Of a stretch of 64,000 bases of DNA, positions 34,642 through 42,683 are shown one piece after another (the first letter of the stretch is position 1; every line of letters starts with the position of its first letter). The DNA is from Chthoniobacterales bacterium. GTDB taxonomy: Bacteria > Verrucomicrobiota > Verrucomicrobiia > Chthoniobacterales > DASVRZ01. The position numbers were made by a program, and so were the translations under genes. The notes beneath the pieces were generated by a model. The model worked only from the letters and a program-made list of their open reading frames with translations, ran no database searches and was not told the DNA's origin. The stretch is taken from contig JBBRNR010000003.1 in the NCBI GenBank assembly GCA_038230215.1, positions 100,836-164,835 on the forward strand, given 5' to 3'.

Positions 34642-35943
34642 ATGAGTGCCGATCCGAAACATTCTCTCCGCCCGGTTGGCAGTTATCGCTGGGTGATCTG
34701 CGGCCTGCTCTTCTTTGCCACCACGGTCAATTACATGGACCGGCAGATTCTCTCGCTCCTCAAACCGATACTCGACGAGCAGCTTTGCTGGAGCAGCACA
34801 CAGTTTGGCGCGATTAACGCCGCGTTTCAGGCGGCTTATGGCGTGAGCCTTTTTTTCTTTGGATGTTTCATCGACAAATACGGCACGAAGATCGGTTACG
34901 CGGCCTCCATCACCGCATGGAGCATCGCCGCCATCGGCCATGCGCTCGTTTCCTCGATTGGCGGGTTTTTTGTTGCCCGCATCGCGCTCGGCCTCGGCGA
35001 GGGGGGAAATTTTCCCGCGGCGATCAAGGCGACCGCGCAATGGTTTCCGAAAAAGGAGCGCGCCTTTGCGACCAGCCTCTTTAATTCGGGCGCAAACGTC
35101 GGTGCCATTCTCGCGCCCGCCGTGGTGCCGCCCATCGCGCTTTATTTGGGATGGCACTGGGCGTTTATTTTCGCCGGCCTGCTCGGCTTTGTCTGGCTGC
35201 TGGCGTGGTTTCCGTTCTTCGATTATCCAGAAAGCTCCAAGCGCGTATCCGCCGCCGAGCTGGCTTATATCGAATCCGACGTGTCCGCTGCGGGCGAAGG
35301 GGAGGGAAAGCTTCCGTGGCGCGAGCTGCTACGCCACCGCGAGGCGTGGTCCTTCATCACCGCCAAATTTCTCACCGATCCCATCTGGTGGTTTTTCCTC
35401 ATCTGGCTACCCGATTTTTTCAAAAAAGCCCGCCATCTCGACATTAAGAACAGTTGGACCTTACTGGTCGCCATTTACTCAATCGTCACGGTGCTCAGCA
35501 TCTTCGGCGGTTGGGTGACCGGCTGGTTAACCAGTCGCGGCTGGAGTGTGACCCGGGCGCGCAAGACGGGCATGTTCCTCTTCGCGCTCTGCGTCGTGCC
35601 GATCGCCTTTGCGAGCAGAGTGGGAGATTGGGCTGCGGTCTGCCTAATTGGACTGGCTGGCGCGGCGCACCAGGCCTGGTCCGCCAATCTCTTCACCACG
35701 GTCTCGGATATGTTTCCGAATCGCGCAGTGGCGAGCCTCACCGGGATTGGCGGCACTGCGGGTTCCATTGGCGGCATGATCTTTCCGATCCTGACCGGCA
35801 TGGTGCTCGACCGATTTCCGATTCGGGGTTACGGCATCGTCTTTGCATTCTGCGGGGTAGCCTACCTCATCGCTTTTTTTGTGAATCATCTCCTCGCGCC
35901 GAAATTCGAACCGGTTCGACTTCAAGCTGAACCACTTTCATGA
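34642..35943 (+). CDS. exuT: MFS hexuronate transporter (ExuT-like, ACS family)
   Basis: YRWVICGLLFFATTVNYMDRQILSLLKP N-terminus, 12-TM-like profile, upstream of uxaC. Confidence 0.75.
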   Translation: MSADPKHSLRPVGSYRWVICGLLFFATTVNYMDRQILSLLKPILDEQLCWSSTQFGAINAAFQAAYGVSLFFFGCFIDKYGTKIGYAASITAWSIAAIGHALVSSIGGFFVARIALGLGEGGNFPAAIKATAQWFPKKERAFATSLFNSGANVGAILAPAVVPPIALYLGWHWAFIFAGLLGFVWLLAWFPFFDYPESSKRVSAAELAYIESDVSAAGEGEGKLPWRELLRHREAWSFITAKFLTDPIWWFFLIWLPDFFKKARHLDIKNSWTLLVAIYSIVTVLSIFGGWVTGWLTSRGWSVTRARKTGMFLFALCVVPIAFASRVGDWAAVCLIGLAGAAHQAWSANLFTTVSDMFPNRAVASLTGIGGTAGSIGGMIFPILTGMVLDRFPIRGYGIVFAFCGVAYLIAFFVNHLLAPKFEPVRLQAEPLS

Positions 35944-37385
35944 AAAGCTTCCTCACCGACGACTTTCTCCTGCAAAGCGACGTCGCCCGGGAGCTTTACC
36001 ACGATTACGCGAAGTCGCAGCCGATCTACGACTATCATTCCCACCTGCCGCCGGCCCAGATCGCGGAGAACAAAGTCTTTGAAAACCTGGCTGAAGTCTG
36101 GCTGGCGGGCGACCACTATAAATGGCGGGCGATGCGTTGGAACGGCGTGCCGGAAAGATTTTGCACAGGAGACGCGAGTCCCTGGGAGAAATTTCTGGCC
36201 TATGCCCACACCGTGCCCAAAGCGGTGCGCAATCCGCTTTATCACTGGACTCACCTGGAGTTGAAATTTTATTTCGGCATCGAAGAACTACTCGACGAGT
36301 CCACCGCCAAATCGATCTGGAATCGCGCCAACGAGCAGCTTGCTGCGCTACCCGTGCATGAGTTGTTGAAGAAAAGCCGCGTGGCGGTTTCCTGCACCAC
36401 CGATGATCCCGCCGACGATCTGGCGGCGCACCGAAAAATTCGCGACGACGGCCAGTTGACGACCCGCGTTTATCCGACTTACCGGCCGGACAAAGCGTTG
36501 CTGGTCGATCAGCCGGCGGTGTTCAACCCCTACCTCGCCAAGTTGTCGGAGGTGAGTGGGATCGAGTGCGGCAGCCTCGACGGATTGCTCTCCGCGCTCC
36601 GGCAACGGCACGATTGTTTTCATGATTTCGGCGGGCGGCTGTCCGATCACGGGCTCGCCATTTGCGAAGCCGGGGACTGCACCGACGCGGAGGCGGGCCG
36701 CACTTTCGACGAGGCTCGCGCCGGGCGGCAGGTGGCACCGGCAGACGCCAAAAAGTTCCGCTGTTACCTGATGCTTTTCTTTGGTCGGCTCGACGCGGAG
36801 AAAGGCTGGACCAAGCAGCTCCATCTCGGCGCATTGCGCAACAACAGCACTCGCCAGCTCCGTGCGCTCGGGCCGGACACTGGTTTCGATTCCATTGGCG
36901 ATTCCCAGCAGGCCTGCGCGCTTGCGTGTTACCTCGACAAACTCGACCTCGACAACCGCCTGCCCAAGACCGTGATCTACAACTTCAACCCGGCGGACAA
37001 TTATCTTTTTGCCACCATGGCCGGTAATTTTCAGGACGGCTCCGTGCCGGGCAAAGTGCAGTTTGGCAGCGGCTGGTGGTTCCTCGATCAAAAAGAGGCG
37101 ATGGAATGGCAGCTCAACGCGCTTTCCAATCTCGGGCTGCTCAGCCGTTTTGTCGGCATGCTCACCGATTCGCGCAGTTTTCTCTCCTTTCCCCGCCACG
37201 AGTATTTTCGGCGCGTACTTTGCAATCTGATTGGCCGCGATGTGGTCAATGGCGAACTGCCCCGTGACCTCAAGCTGCTCGGTGGCATCGTGGCCGACAT
37301 CTGCTTTCACAATGCCCGCGACTTCTTCGGCCTGGAAACACCCGATTCACATCTAAATTCGCCCATGGAAACTCGCAATTTTTGA
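35940..37385 (+). CDS. uxaC: Glucuronate isomerase
   Basis: MKSFLTDDFLLQSDVARELYHDYAKSQPIYDYHSHLPP and overall UxaC-like length (481 aa). Confidence 0.95.
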   Translation: MKSFLTDDFLLQSDVARELYHDYAKSQPIYDYHSHLPPAQIAENKVFENLAEVWLAGDHYKWRAMRWNGVPERFCTGDASPWEKFLAYAHTVPKAVRNPLYHWTHLELKFYFGIEELLDESTAKSIWNRANEQLAALPVHELLKKSRVAVSCTTDDPADDLAAHRKIRDDGQLTTRVYPTYRPDKALLVDQPAVFNPYLAKLSEVSGIECGSLDGLLSALRQRHDCFHDFGGRLSDHGLAICEAGDCTDAEAGRTFDEARAGRQVAPADAKKFRCYLMLFFGRLDAEKGWTKQLHLGALRNNSTRQLRALGPDTGFDSIGDSQQACALACYLDKLDLDNRLPKTVIYNFNPADNYLFATMAGNFQDGSVPGKVQFGSGWWFLDQKEAMEWQLNALSNLGLLSRFVGMLTDSRSFLSFPRHEYFRRVLCNLIGRDVVNGELPRDLKLLGGIVADICFHNARDFFGLETPDSHLNSPMETRNF

Positions 37386-37389
37386 GACT

Positions 37390-38652
37390 ATGCAAAACTA
37401 CAAACTTCTCGAAAAATTCACCATCGGCGTCGGGGACCGCTTTGCCCACCAAGCCAGGGCACAATTACGCGCCTGCCAGTGGCTCGCCCGCGATGGCGTG
37501 GAGGTCTCGCCCGTCTGGAACAAGAGCCACCGCGAACACAACCTCATCGGAAGCGAGCCGGCGAGCGTTCCCGCCGCCGCGAGCGAGGCCGTGGAGTCCT
37601 TGGGCTGGCAGGGCGGCTGGCATGTCGATGCCGATCACATCGGCCTCCAGACCGTGGATCGTTTCATCTCGCACTCGGATTTTTTCACCCTCGACGTAGC
37701 CGATTTCATTGGTCAACCGGCGGCCTCCGAGGACGTGCAAGCCTTTGTTAACCGACACCCGGAACTCGTCGGCGAGATCACGATCCCCCAGATCCAGTCG
37801 CCCTTTCAAACCGACCGCGCGGAGATCGAGCGCATTGTCGGCAAGTTCCTTCTCGCCGTGCGGGAGGCGGGTAAAATCTACCGTCACATCGCGGCACAAA
37901 AGGGCGCGGAAAACATGATCACCGAGGTCTCCATGGATGAAACGGACTCGCCGCAGACCCCGCCGGAGTTACTGGTGATCCTTGCCGCGCTGGCCGACGA
38001 GGGCATTCCCGCGCAAACCATCGCGCCGAAATTCACCGGACGCTTCAACAAGGGCGTCGATTATGTCGGCGACCTGGCGCGGTTCGAGAAAGAGTTTCAC
38101 GATGACCTGGCCGTGGTCGCCTTTGCGATTGCGCGCTACGGTCTGCCCGGCAGCCTGAAACTCAGCGTCCACTCGGGTAGCGACAAATTTTCCCTTTACC
38201 CCATCATCCGCCAAACCCTGCCCAAGTTTAACGCCGGCCTGCACCTCAAGACTGCCGGCACAACCTGGCTGGAGGAACTTATCGGGCTCGCCGAGGCGGG
38301 CGGTGAAGGGCTGGCATTCGCCAAGGAAATATACGCCGAGGCCTTCACTCACATCGCTGAGCTGACCGCGCCCTACGCCACGGTGATCGACATTGACTTG
38401 AGTCAGCTGCCTGGTGCCCAGGAGGTCTCTGATTGGACTAGCGATCAATTCACCGGCGCCTTGCGGCACGATCAAAAAAATCCCCTCTTCAACCCAAGCT
38501 TGCGCCAACTCCTGCATGTTTCCTTCAAATTGGCGGCAAAAGCGGGCCAACGTTACCTCGACTTGCTCGATGCAAACGAGGAAATCATCAGTAAAAACGT
38601 GACCGGGAACCTCTACTCTCGGCACCTGCGCCCGCTCTTCGTCGGAAAATAA
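37390..38652 (+). CDS. uxaE: Tagaturonate/fructuronate epimerase
   Basis: DADHIG, EVSMDETDSPQTP, KGVDYVGDLARFEKEF, SVHSGSDKFSLYP, LKTAGTTWLEE are co-linear with my recollection of Thermotoga UxaE. Confidence 0.8.
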   Translation: MQNYKLLEKFTIGVGDRFAHQARAQLRACQWLARDGVEVSPVWNKSHREHNLIGSEPASVPAAASEAVESLGWQGGWHVDADHIGLQTVDRFISHSDFFTLDVADFIGQPAASEDVQAFVNRHPELVGEITIPQIQSPFQTDRAEIERIVGKFLLAVREAGKIYRHIAAQKGAENMITEVSMDETDSPQTPPELLVILAALADEGIPAQTIAPKFTGRFNKGVDYVGDLARFEKEFHDDLAVVAFAIARYGLPGSLKLSVHSGSDKFSLYPIIRQTLPKFNAGLHLKTAGTTWLEELIGLAEAGGEGLAFAKEIYAEAFTHIAELTAPYATVIDIDLSQLPGAQEVSDWTSDQFTGALRHDQKNPLFNPSLRQLLHVSFKLAAKAGQRYLDLLDANEEIISKNVTGNLYSRHLRPLFVGK

Positions 38653-38808
38653 AAATTTACGGAACCGCGCCCGCCCGCTGAGACCGGTGCCAATCTAATT
38701 TTCAAAAGCAGCGAGACTCTGACGATGAAACTCGTAAGGAAATTTGCCGAGAGCGGGCTTGCGGACGCTGGTTTCAGTGTTACCCTGACCTCCCAATTTT
38801 CGCATCTT

Positions 38809-39036
38809 ATGAAAGCTGACATCCATCCCAATTACGTCGAAACCAACATCGCCTGTGCCTGCGGAGCCGTTTACCACACACGCTCCACTAAAAAGGACAT
38901 CCGCATCGGCATCTGCGCCGCCTGCCATCCGTTCTTCACCGGCGAACAAAAATTCGTCGATACCGCTGGCCGCATCGAGAAGTTCTCCCGCCGCTACGGC
39001 ACGGAGAAATCCGGGCGCGCTGTCAAAAAAGCTTAG
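38809..39036 (+). CDS. rpmE: 50S ribosomal protein L31
   Basis: [27 protein letters not shown]...[25 protein letters not shown]; ORF-track start 38725 trimmed to ATG 38809. Confidence 0.95.
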   Translation: MKADIHPNYVETNIACACGAVYHTRSTKKDIRIGICAACHPFFTGEQKFVDTAGRIEKFSRRYGTEKSGRAVKKA

Positions 39037-39123
39037 CTTCATCTCGTTCGAACTTGAGACGGTGATTGCGCCCGCGCGCTTTCACCGTTTCGCGTTTTCC
39101 GGCCCCATTTCACTGTAACTCCC

Positions 39124-40206
39124 ATGGATTTTTCGCCTCTGATTGAGAAACGCCGCGCCCGCTTCGTCGAACTCGACGCGGAGATATCGTCGTCGAATCT
39201 CTTCGAGAATCCGAAGCGCGCCCGGACGATCATGACCGAGCACGCGCAGACGAAGAAACTGCTCGACGCTTGGGAGGAATTGCAGAAATGCCAGCGCGAA
39301 CTCGTCGAAAACACCGAGATGGCGAAAGAGGAAGACAAGGAAATGGCCGAGATGGCCGCCGCCGAGATTCCCATGTTGGAGAAACGCATCGCCGAGCTCG
39401 AAAAGACTGTCCAGTTCTCCCTGCTGCCGCCGGACGAGGACGAAAACCGCGACGCCATCATCGAAATTCGCGCTGGCACTGGTGGCTCGGAAGCCGCGCT
39501 CTTTGCCGCCGATCTTTACCGGATGTACACCCGCTTCGCCGAACCGCGCGGTTTCAAGATCGAGGAAATAGAGTCGAGTTCCAGTGAACTGGGCGGGCTG
39601 AAAGAAGTGATCTTCAAAGTCTCTGGCAACGGCGTTTTCCGCGACATGCGCTACGAGAGCGGCGTCCATCGCGTGCAGCGTGTCCCGGCGACCGAGGCCC
39701 AGGGTCGCATCCACACATCCGCCGCGACGGTAGCCGTTTTACCCGAGGCCGAGGAAGTGGATTTTGAAATGCGCCCCGAAGACCTCCGCATCGAAGTCTG
39801 CCGCTCCGGCGGACCGGGTGGTCAGGGCGTGAACACGACCGATTCCGCCGTCCAAGTCATGTATATTCCGACGGGCCGCATCGTGCGCTGTCAGGACGGG
39901 AGGAGTCAGATCAAAAACAAGGAAAAAGCTCTCACGATCATGCGTTCCCGTTTGCTGCAGGATAAGCGCGACGAAGAAGAAGCCAAATACGCCGCGCATC
40001 GCAAAAACCAGATCGGCTCCGGCGGTCGCGAGGAAAAGATCCGCACTTACAACTACCCGCAGAATCGCGTCACCGACCATCGCATCGGCCTCACGCTCTA
40101 TAACCTGGACACGTTCGTTCAAGGCACCATCGGCGAAATGATCGAGGCCCTCCAGACCCGCGACATGGAGGATCGTCTGAAAGAAGCCGGCCTCGTCGCG
40201 GCGTAA
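39124..40206 (+). CDS. prfA: Peptide chain release factor 1
   Basis: RVPATE (PxT tripeptide of RF1), SGGPGGQGVNTTDSAV (GGQ). Confidence 0.97.
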   Translation: MDFSPLIEKRRARFVELDAEISSSNLFENPKRARTIMTEHAQTKKLLDAWEELQKCQRELVENTEMAKEEDKEMAEMAAAEIPMLEKRIAELEKTVQFSLLPPDEDENRDAIIEIRAGTGGSEAALFAADLYRMYTRFAEPRGFKIEEIESSSSELGGLKEVIFKVSGNGVFRDMRYESGVHRVQRVPATEAQGRIHTSAATVAVLPEAEEVDFEMRPEDLRIEVCRSGGPGGQGVNTTDSAVQVMYIPTGRIVRCQDGRSQIKNKEKALTIMRSRLLQDKRDEEEAKYAAHRKNQIGSGGREEKIRTYNYPQNRVTDHRIGLTLYNLDTFVQGTIGEMIEALQTRDMEDRLKEAGLVAA

Positions 40207-40227
40207 ACAATCCCTTTCCCGAACAGG

Positions 40228-40269
40228 AAAAAAAAATCCGCGCCACCGTGGATGGGATGCCGGGCGCGG
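40228..40269 (-). terminator. Rho-independent terminator for minus-strand transcription
   Basis: Minus strand: ccgcgcc-cggcatcccatccacggt-ggcgcgg followed by a run of 9 T (plus-strand A-run 40228..40236). Confidence 0.6.
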
Positions 40270-40408
40270 TTCGGCATATGTCTGGTCTAAAGGGCCATTA
40301 TGCCACACCAACTCCACCCTTTAGATTCCCGGGCTCTCACGGCTCACCCCTTTCATATTAACGACAATATGAAATTTTTTCCCTACGAGGACGTCGTAAA
40401 AAAGCGTC

Positions 40409-40482
40409 TGTAGCGTCGAGCCTGTGGCTCGATTGGCTTGCTGGCAGATAAACTTCCTTCGAGTCACAGACTCGATGCTACA
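40409..40482. repeat. Palindromic REP/MITE-like element, copy 1
   Basis: tgtagcgtcgagcctgtggctcgattggcttgctggcagataaacttccttcgagtcacagactcgatgctaca; arms are inverted repeats. Closely matches the reverse complement of 57146..57211. Confidence 0.8.
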
Positions 40483-40530
40483 ATCCATCCCTGATGCAAA
40501 ACAGTTCATGCCAATCTTATTGGACGCCCT

Positions 40531-41247
40531 CTAAGGCGCAGGGGTCGGATTGACGGCGGCCGTGTTCGCGGGGGTGGCATCCGCCTTTTTCCGCGTCGGC
40601 GAACGGCGGGGTTGGAAACCGATTTTCACCAACTCCGGCGTGCGGTCCGCCAGATCGCTTGCGTAATAGTAGAAAAACCGTGCCCGCATGATGCTCCGGG
40701 TCAACTTCGCCAGTTTCGTGTTGCGGATGCCCACGGCTGACTGGCCGTCGCCCCCGTCGGACTCCGATTCCTGCCCGTCGATGATGTTTATTTGCGCCTG
40801 AATCAAGGCCACCAACTGCGCGGGATAAACAAAAGCCGGGGGCGGGTCCTGCTCCGAGATGTCGATCACATCATCGGCCATTTCCAGGATGCGATTGTCG
40901 TCCAGAGTGCCGATCTCGCCATTGCGCCACCCGTAAATCTCAAATACCTCCTGCTTATCTGCCGCCGAAAGCTGAAAGCTCGGCACACCGGCGATGGCCC
41001 GGTAGCCCTCGCGCAGCAATTTCCCAATCTCATCCTTCGCCGCCCGCACCTTGGGCGATGCGCTGGCGTCGCTCCCGCGTTCGGAGCCGACTTTCATGTC
41101 CGCCTCGTCGAGCGCGGAGACATCGCCGGAAAATTCCGCAAGAAACGACGGGGTAAATTTGAAGGGATCGCCAGTCGCGCGCTCCTTATTGATGTTGAGA
41201 ATGAGTTTGCCCTTTACCAGAGCCGACCGCGATTGCTGATTGGACAT
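40531..41247 (-). CDS. Hypothetical helical protein (238 aa), array-associated (copy B)
   Basis: Open frame with host-like GC, no motif recognised. C-terminal IRNTKLAKLTRSIMRARFFYYYASDLADRTPELVKIGF resembles the tail of 25981..26676. Confidence 0.55.
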   Translation of the reverse strand: MSNQQSRSALVKGKLILNINKERATGDPFKFTPSFLAEFSGDVSALDEADMKVGSERGSDASASPKVRAAKDEIGKLLREGYRAIAGVPSFQLSAADKQEVFEIYGWRNGEIGTLDDNRILEMADDVIDISEQDPPPAFVYPAQLVALIQAQINIIDGQESESDGGDGQSAVGIRNTKLAKLTRSIMRARFFYYYASDLADRTPELVKIGFQPRRSPTRKKADATPANTAAVNPTPAP

Positions 41248-41312
41248 AATGCATCATTTTTTATCAAAAAATAAATCTCTGTCAAAAGAGAACCGTCAAT
41301 TTTTCGCCATTA

Positions 41313-41522
41313 GCATGGACTTACCCATACCAAACTGTCACCGGTTTCCACATCGCATGGACTTATGAAGGCCAAACGGTCGTCAGTTTACCAATCATAT
41401 GGACTTATGAAAGCCAAACCGTCAGCCGTTCATTGGCAGCATCGTCTCACCACATGCAAACGGCCATCCACTTGTCGAGAGCATAGACTTACCAAGAGCG
41501 AAAAAACCGACTCGCCTGCGAC
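41313..41522. repeat. Degenerate 42-bp tandem repeat, 5 units in exact phase
   Basis: Units start at 41313, 41355, 41397, 41439 and 41481 with the conserved core GCATGGACTTA and CCAAAC-GTC. Confidence 0.85.
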
Positions 41523-41536
41523 GGTAAGTCATCCAC

Positions 41537-41560
41537 AAAGGCGGTGAAACGCCTTTTTTT
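41537..41560 (+). terminator. Hairpin + T7 tract (intrinsic terminator-like, possibly bidirectional)
   Basis: aaaggcg-gtgaaa-cgccttt followed by tttt; A-tract upstream. Confidence 0.5.
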
Positions 41561-41931
41561 AATCCTCCTTCCTGTCCACTTTCCCAACTTACCCCAATCC
41601 TCTGCTTAGACTGAATTAGCGTCCTGCAAGAGGCGAGCTTGGGAGCGCCGGGGGTATGGCGGAGCCATTGCAGCCCGTTCTCAATCCTTCCTCCCCTTAA
41701 TGTCCGCCCCTCCAGACAACAACAGCCACTTGGGAACGAAGGCATCGTTAAGCAAGTGCAACCTTGGAAGTCGGGTATGGCGGAGCCAAGACAGCAGCCG
41801 GGGTTTGAGCAGAGCGACAACCCCGGTGGCCCGCTCAAAAGCATCCACACCCTGCGAGGGGTCTGTGAGTCCAAATAATCCACTCGCAGAGGCAATTTTG
41901 TCGTCCCCACTTTCCTCGATGGATGTCCTAA

Positions 41932-42681
41932 TTATTGGATATGATTAAGACTTGGATTCGCACATATTTCCCAATCATCCGAAATTAAATCCTCCACGAG
42001 CAGGAATGCAAACATACCCCCTGCTGGGTTTTTCTCTTTCTTCGTCATGAGCATAAATGATGTTAGCTGCCCTAAAGCTAAAATCATGCACTCGGCTTTT
42101 GCGATGAATTCTCGTGAGGTTTCGCAGGCAGAGTTAGCGTCGTGAATATATCGGTGCCTCGACTCCAGAAGATCTGCGAAAAGTTGTTTCCAATCTGCGG
42201 GCAATTGCATGTTAAAAATGCCGGGAGATCGGGATGGAACTGCACACACAATTGAAAACGCAGTGATTTCGTGGAAATAACTTTCCACTCCGATTAGTGG
42301 AGATAGCGCGGCGTCTATATCTTCTAATCTCTGGAAGCTGAGAACTACGGAAGCCATTTCTGCGGCAGAAAAGTATTCATGCTCTAATGAGGGCTGACGC
42401 CGCTTCGGTCGCAATCGCGAAACTATCGCCGACACGACGCCCGGCTGGTCGGCGTAGTAGTGAACGAAGAGATCGCGATAATAAGTTTCCAGCGCGCTGA
42501 CTAAAGCAATCACGTAATTGCGAACCGCTTCGCCAAACAAATTCTGCTGTTGGTGAAATACCGGTATGCACTTGTGCATGACCGACGCCGAGCGAGCAAA
42601 ATTATCTAAGAAATTAATACAATAACCCGGTAGATCTCCACGTGAGGACCGTAATTGAATAAGCTTCTGGCCGGATCGCAT
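41932..42681 (-). CDS. Hypothetical protein with HEPN-type Rx4H motif (249 aa)
   Basis: LLESRHRYIHDAN (R-x4-H) in a helical context; low GC; 2 nt downstream of the HNH-like gene. Family assignment unverified. Confidence 0.45.
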   Translation of the reverse strand: MRSGQKLIQLRSSRGDLPGYCINFLDNFARSASVMHKCIPVFHQQQNLFGEAVRNYVIALVSALETYYRDLFVHYYADQPGVVSAIVSRLRPKRRQPSLEHEYFSAAEMASVVLSFQRLEDIDAALSPLIGVESYFHEITAFSIVCAVPSRSPGIFNMQLPADWKQLFADLLESRHRYIHDANSACETSREFIAKAECMILALGQLTSFMLMTKKEKNPAGGMFAFLLVEDLISDDWEICANPSLNHIQ

Positions 42682-42683
42682 CG

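Noticed and set aside
36348-37310. 320-aa ORF antisense to uxaC
   Set aside because: No motif and a biased composition; uxaC on the plus strand is certain.
41422-41910. 162-aa minus-strand ORF that continues the HEPN-like gene's frame after its TAA stop
   Set aside because: Cys/Gly/Pro/Arg-rich and un-protein-like. It crosses the hairpin/T-run and part of the 42-bp array, and frame continuity has a 1-in-3 chance. Treated as non-coding.
41905-41917. RNase P RNA-like GAGGAAAGTGGGG on the minus strand
   Set aside because: It only loosely resembles the GAGGAAAGUCCGGGC box, and none of the other universally conserved RNase P segments were found nearby.
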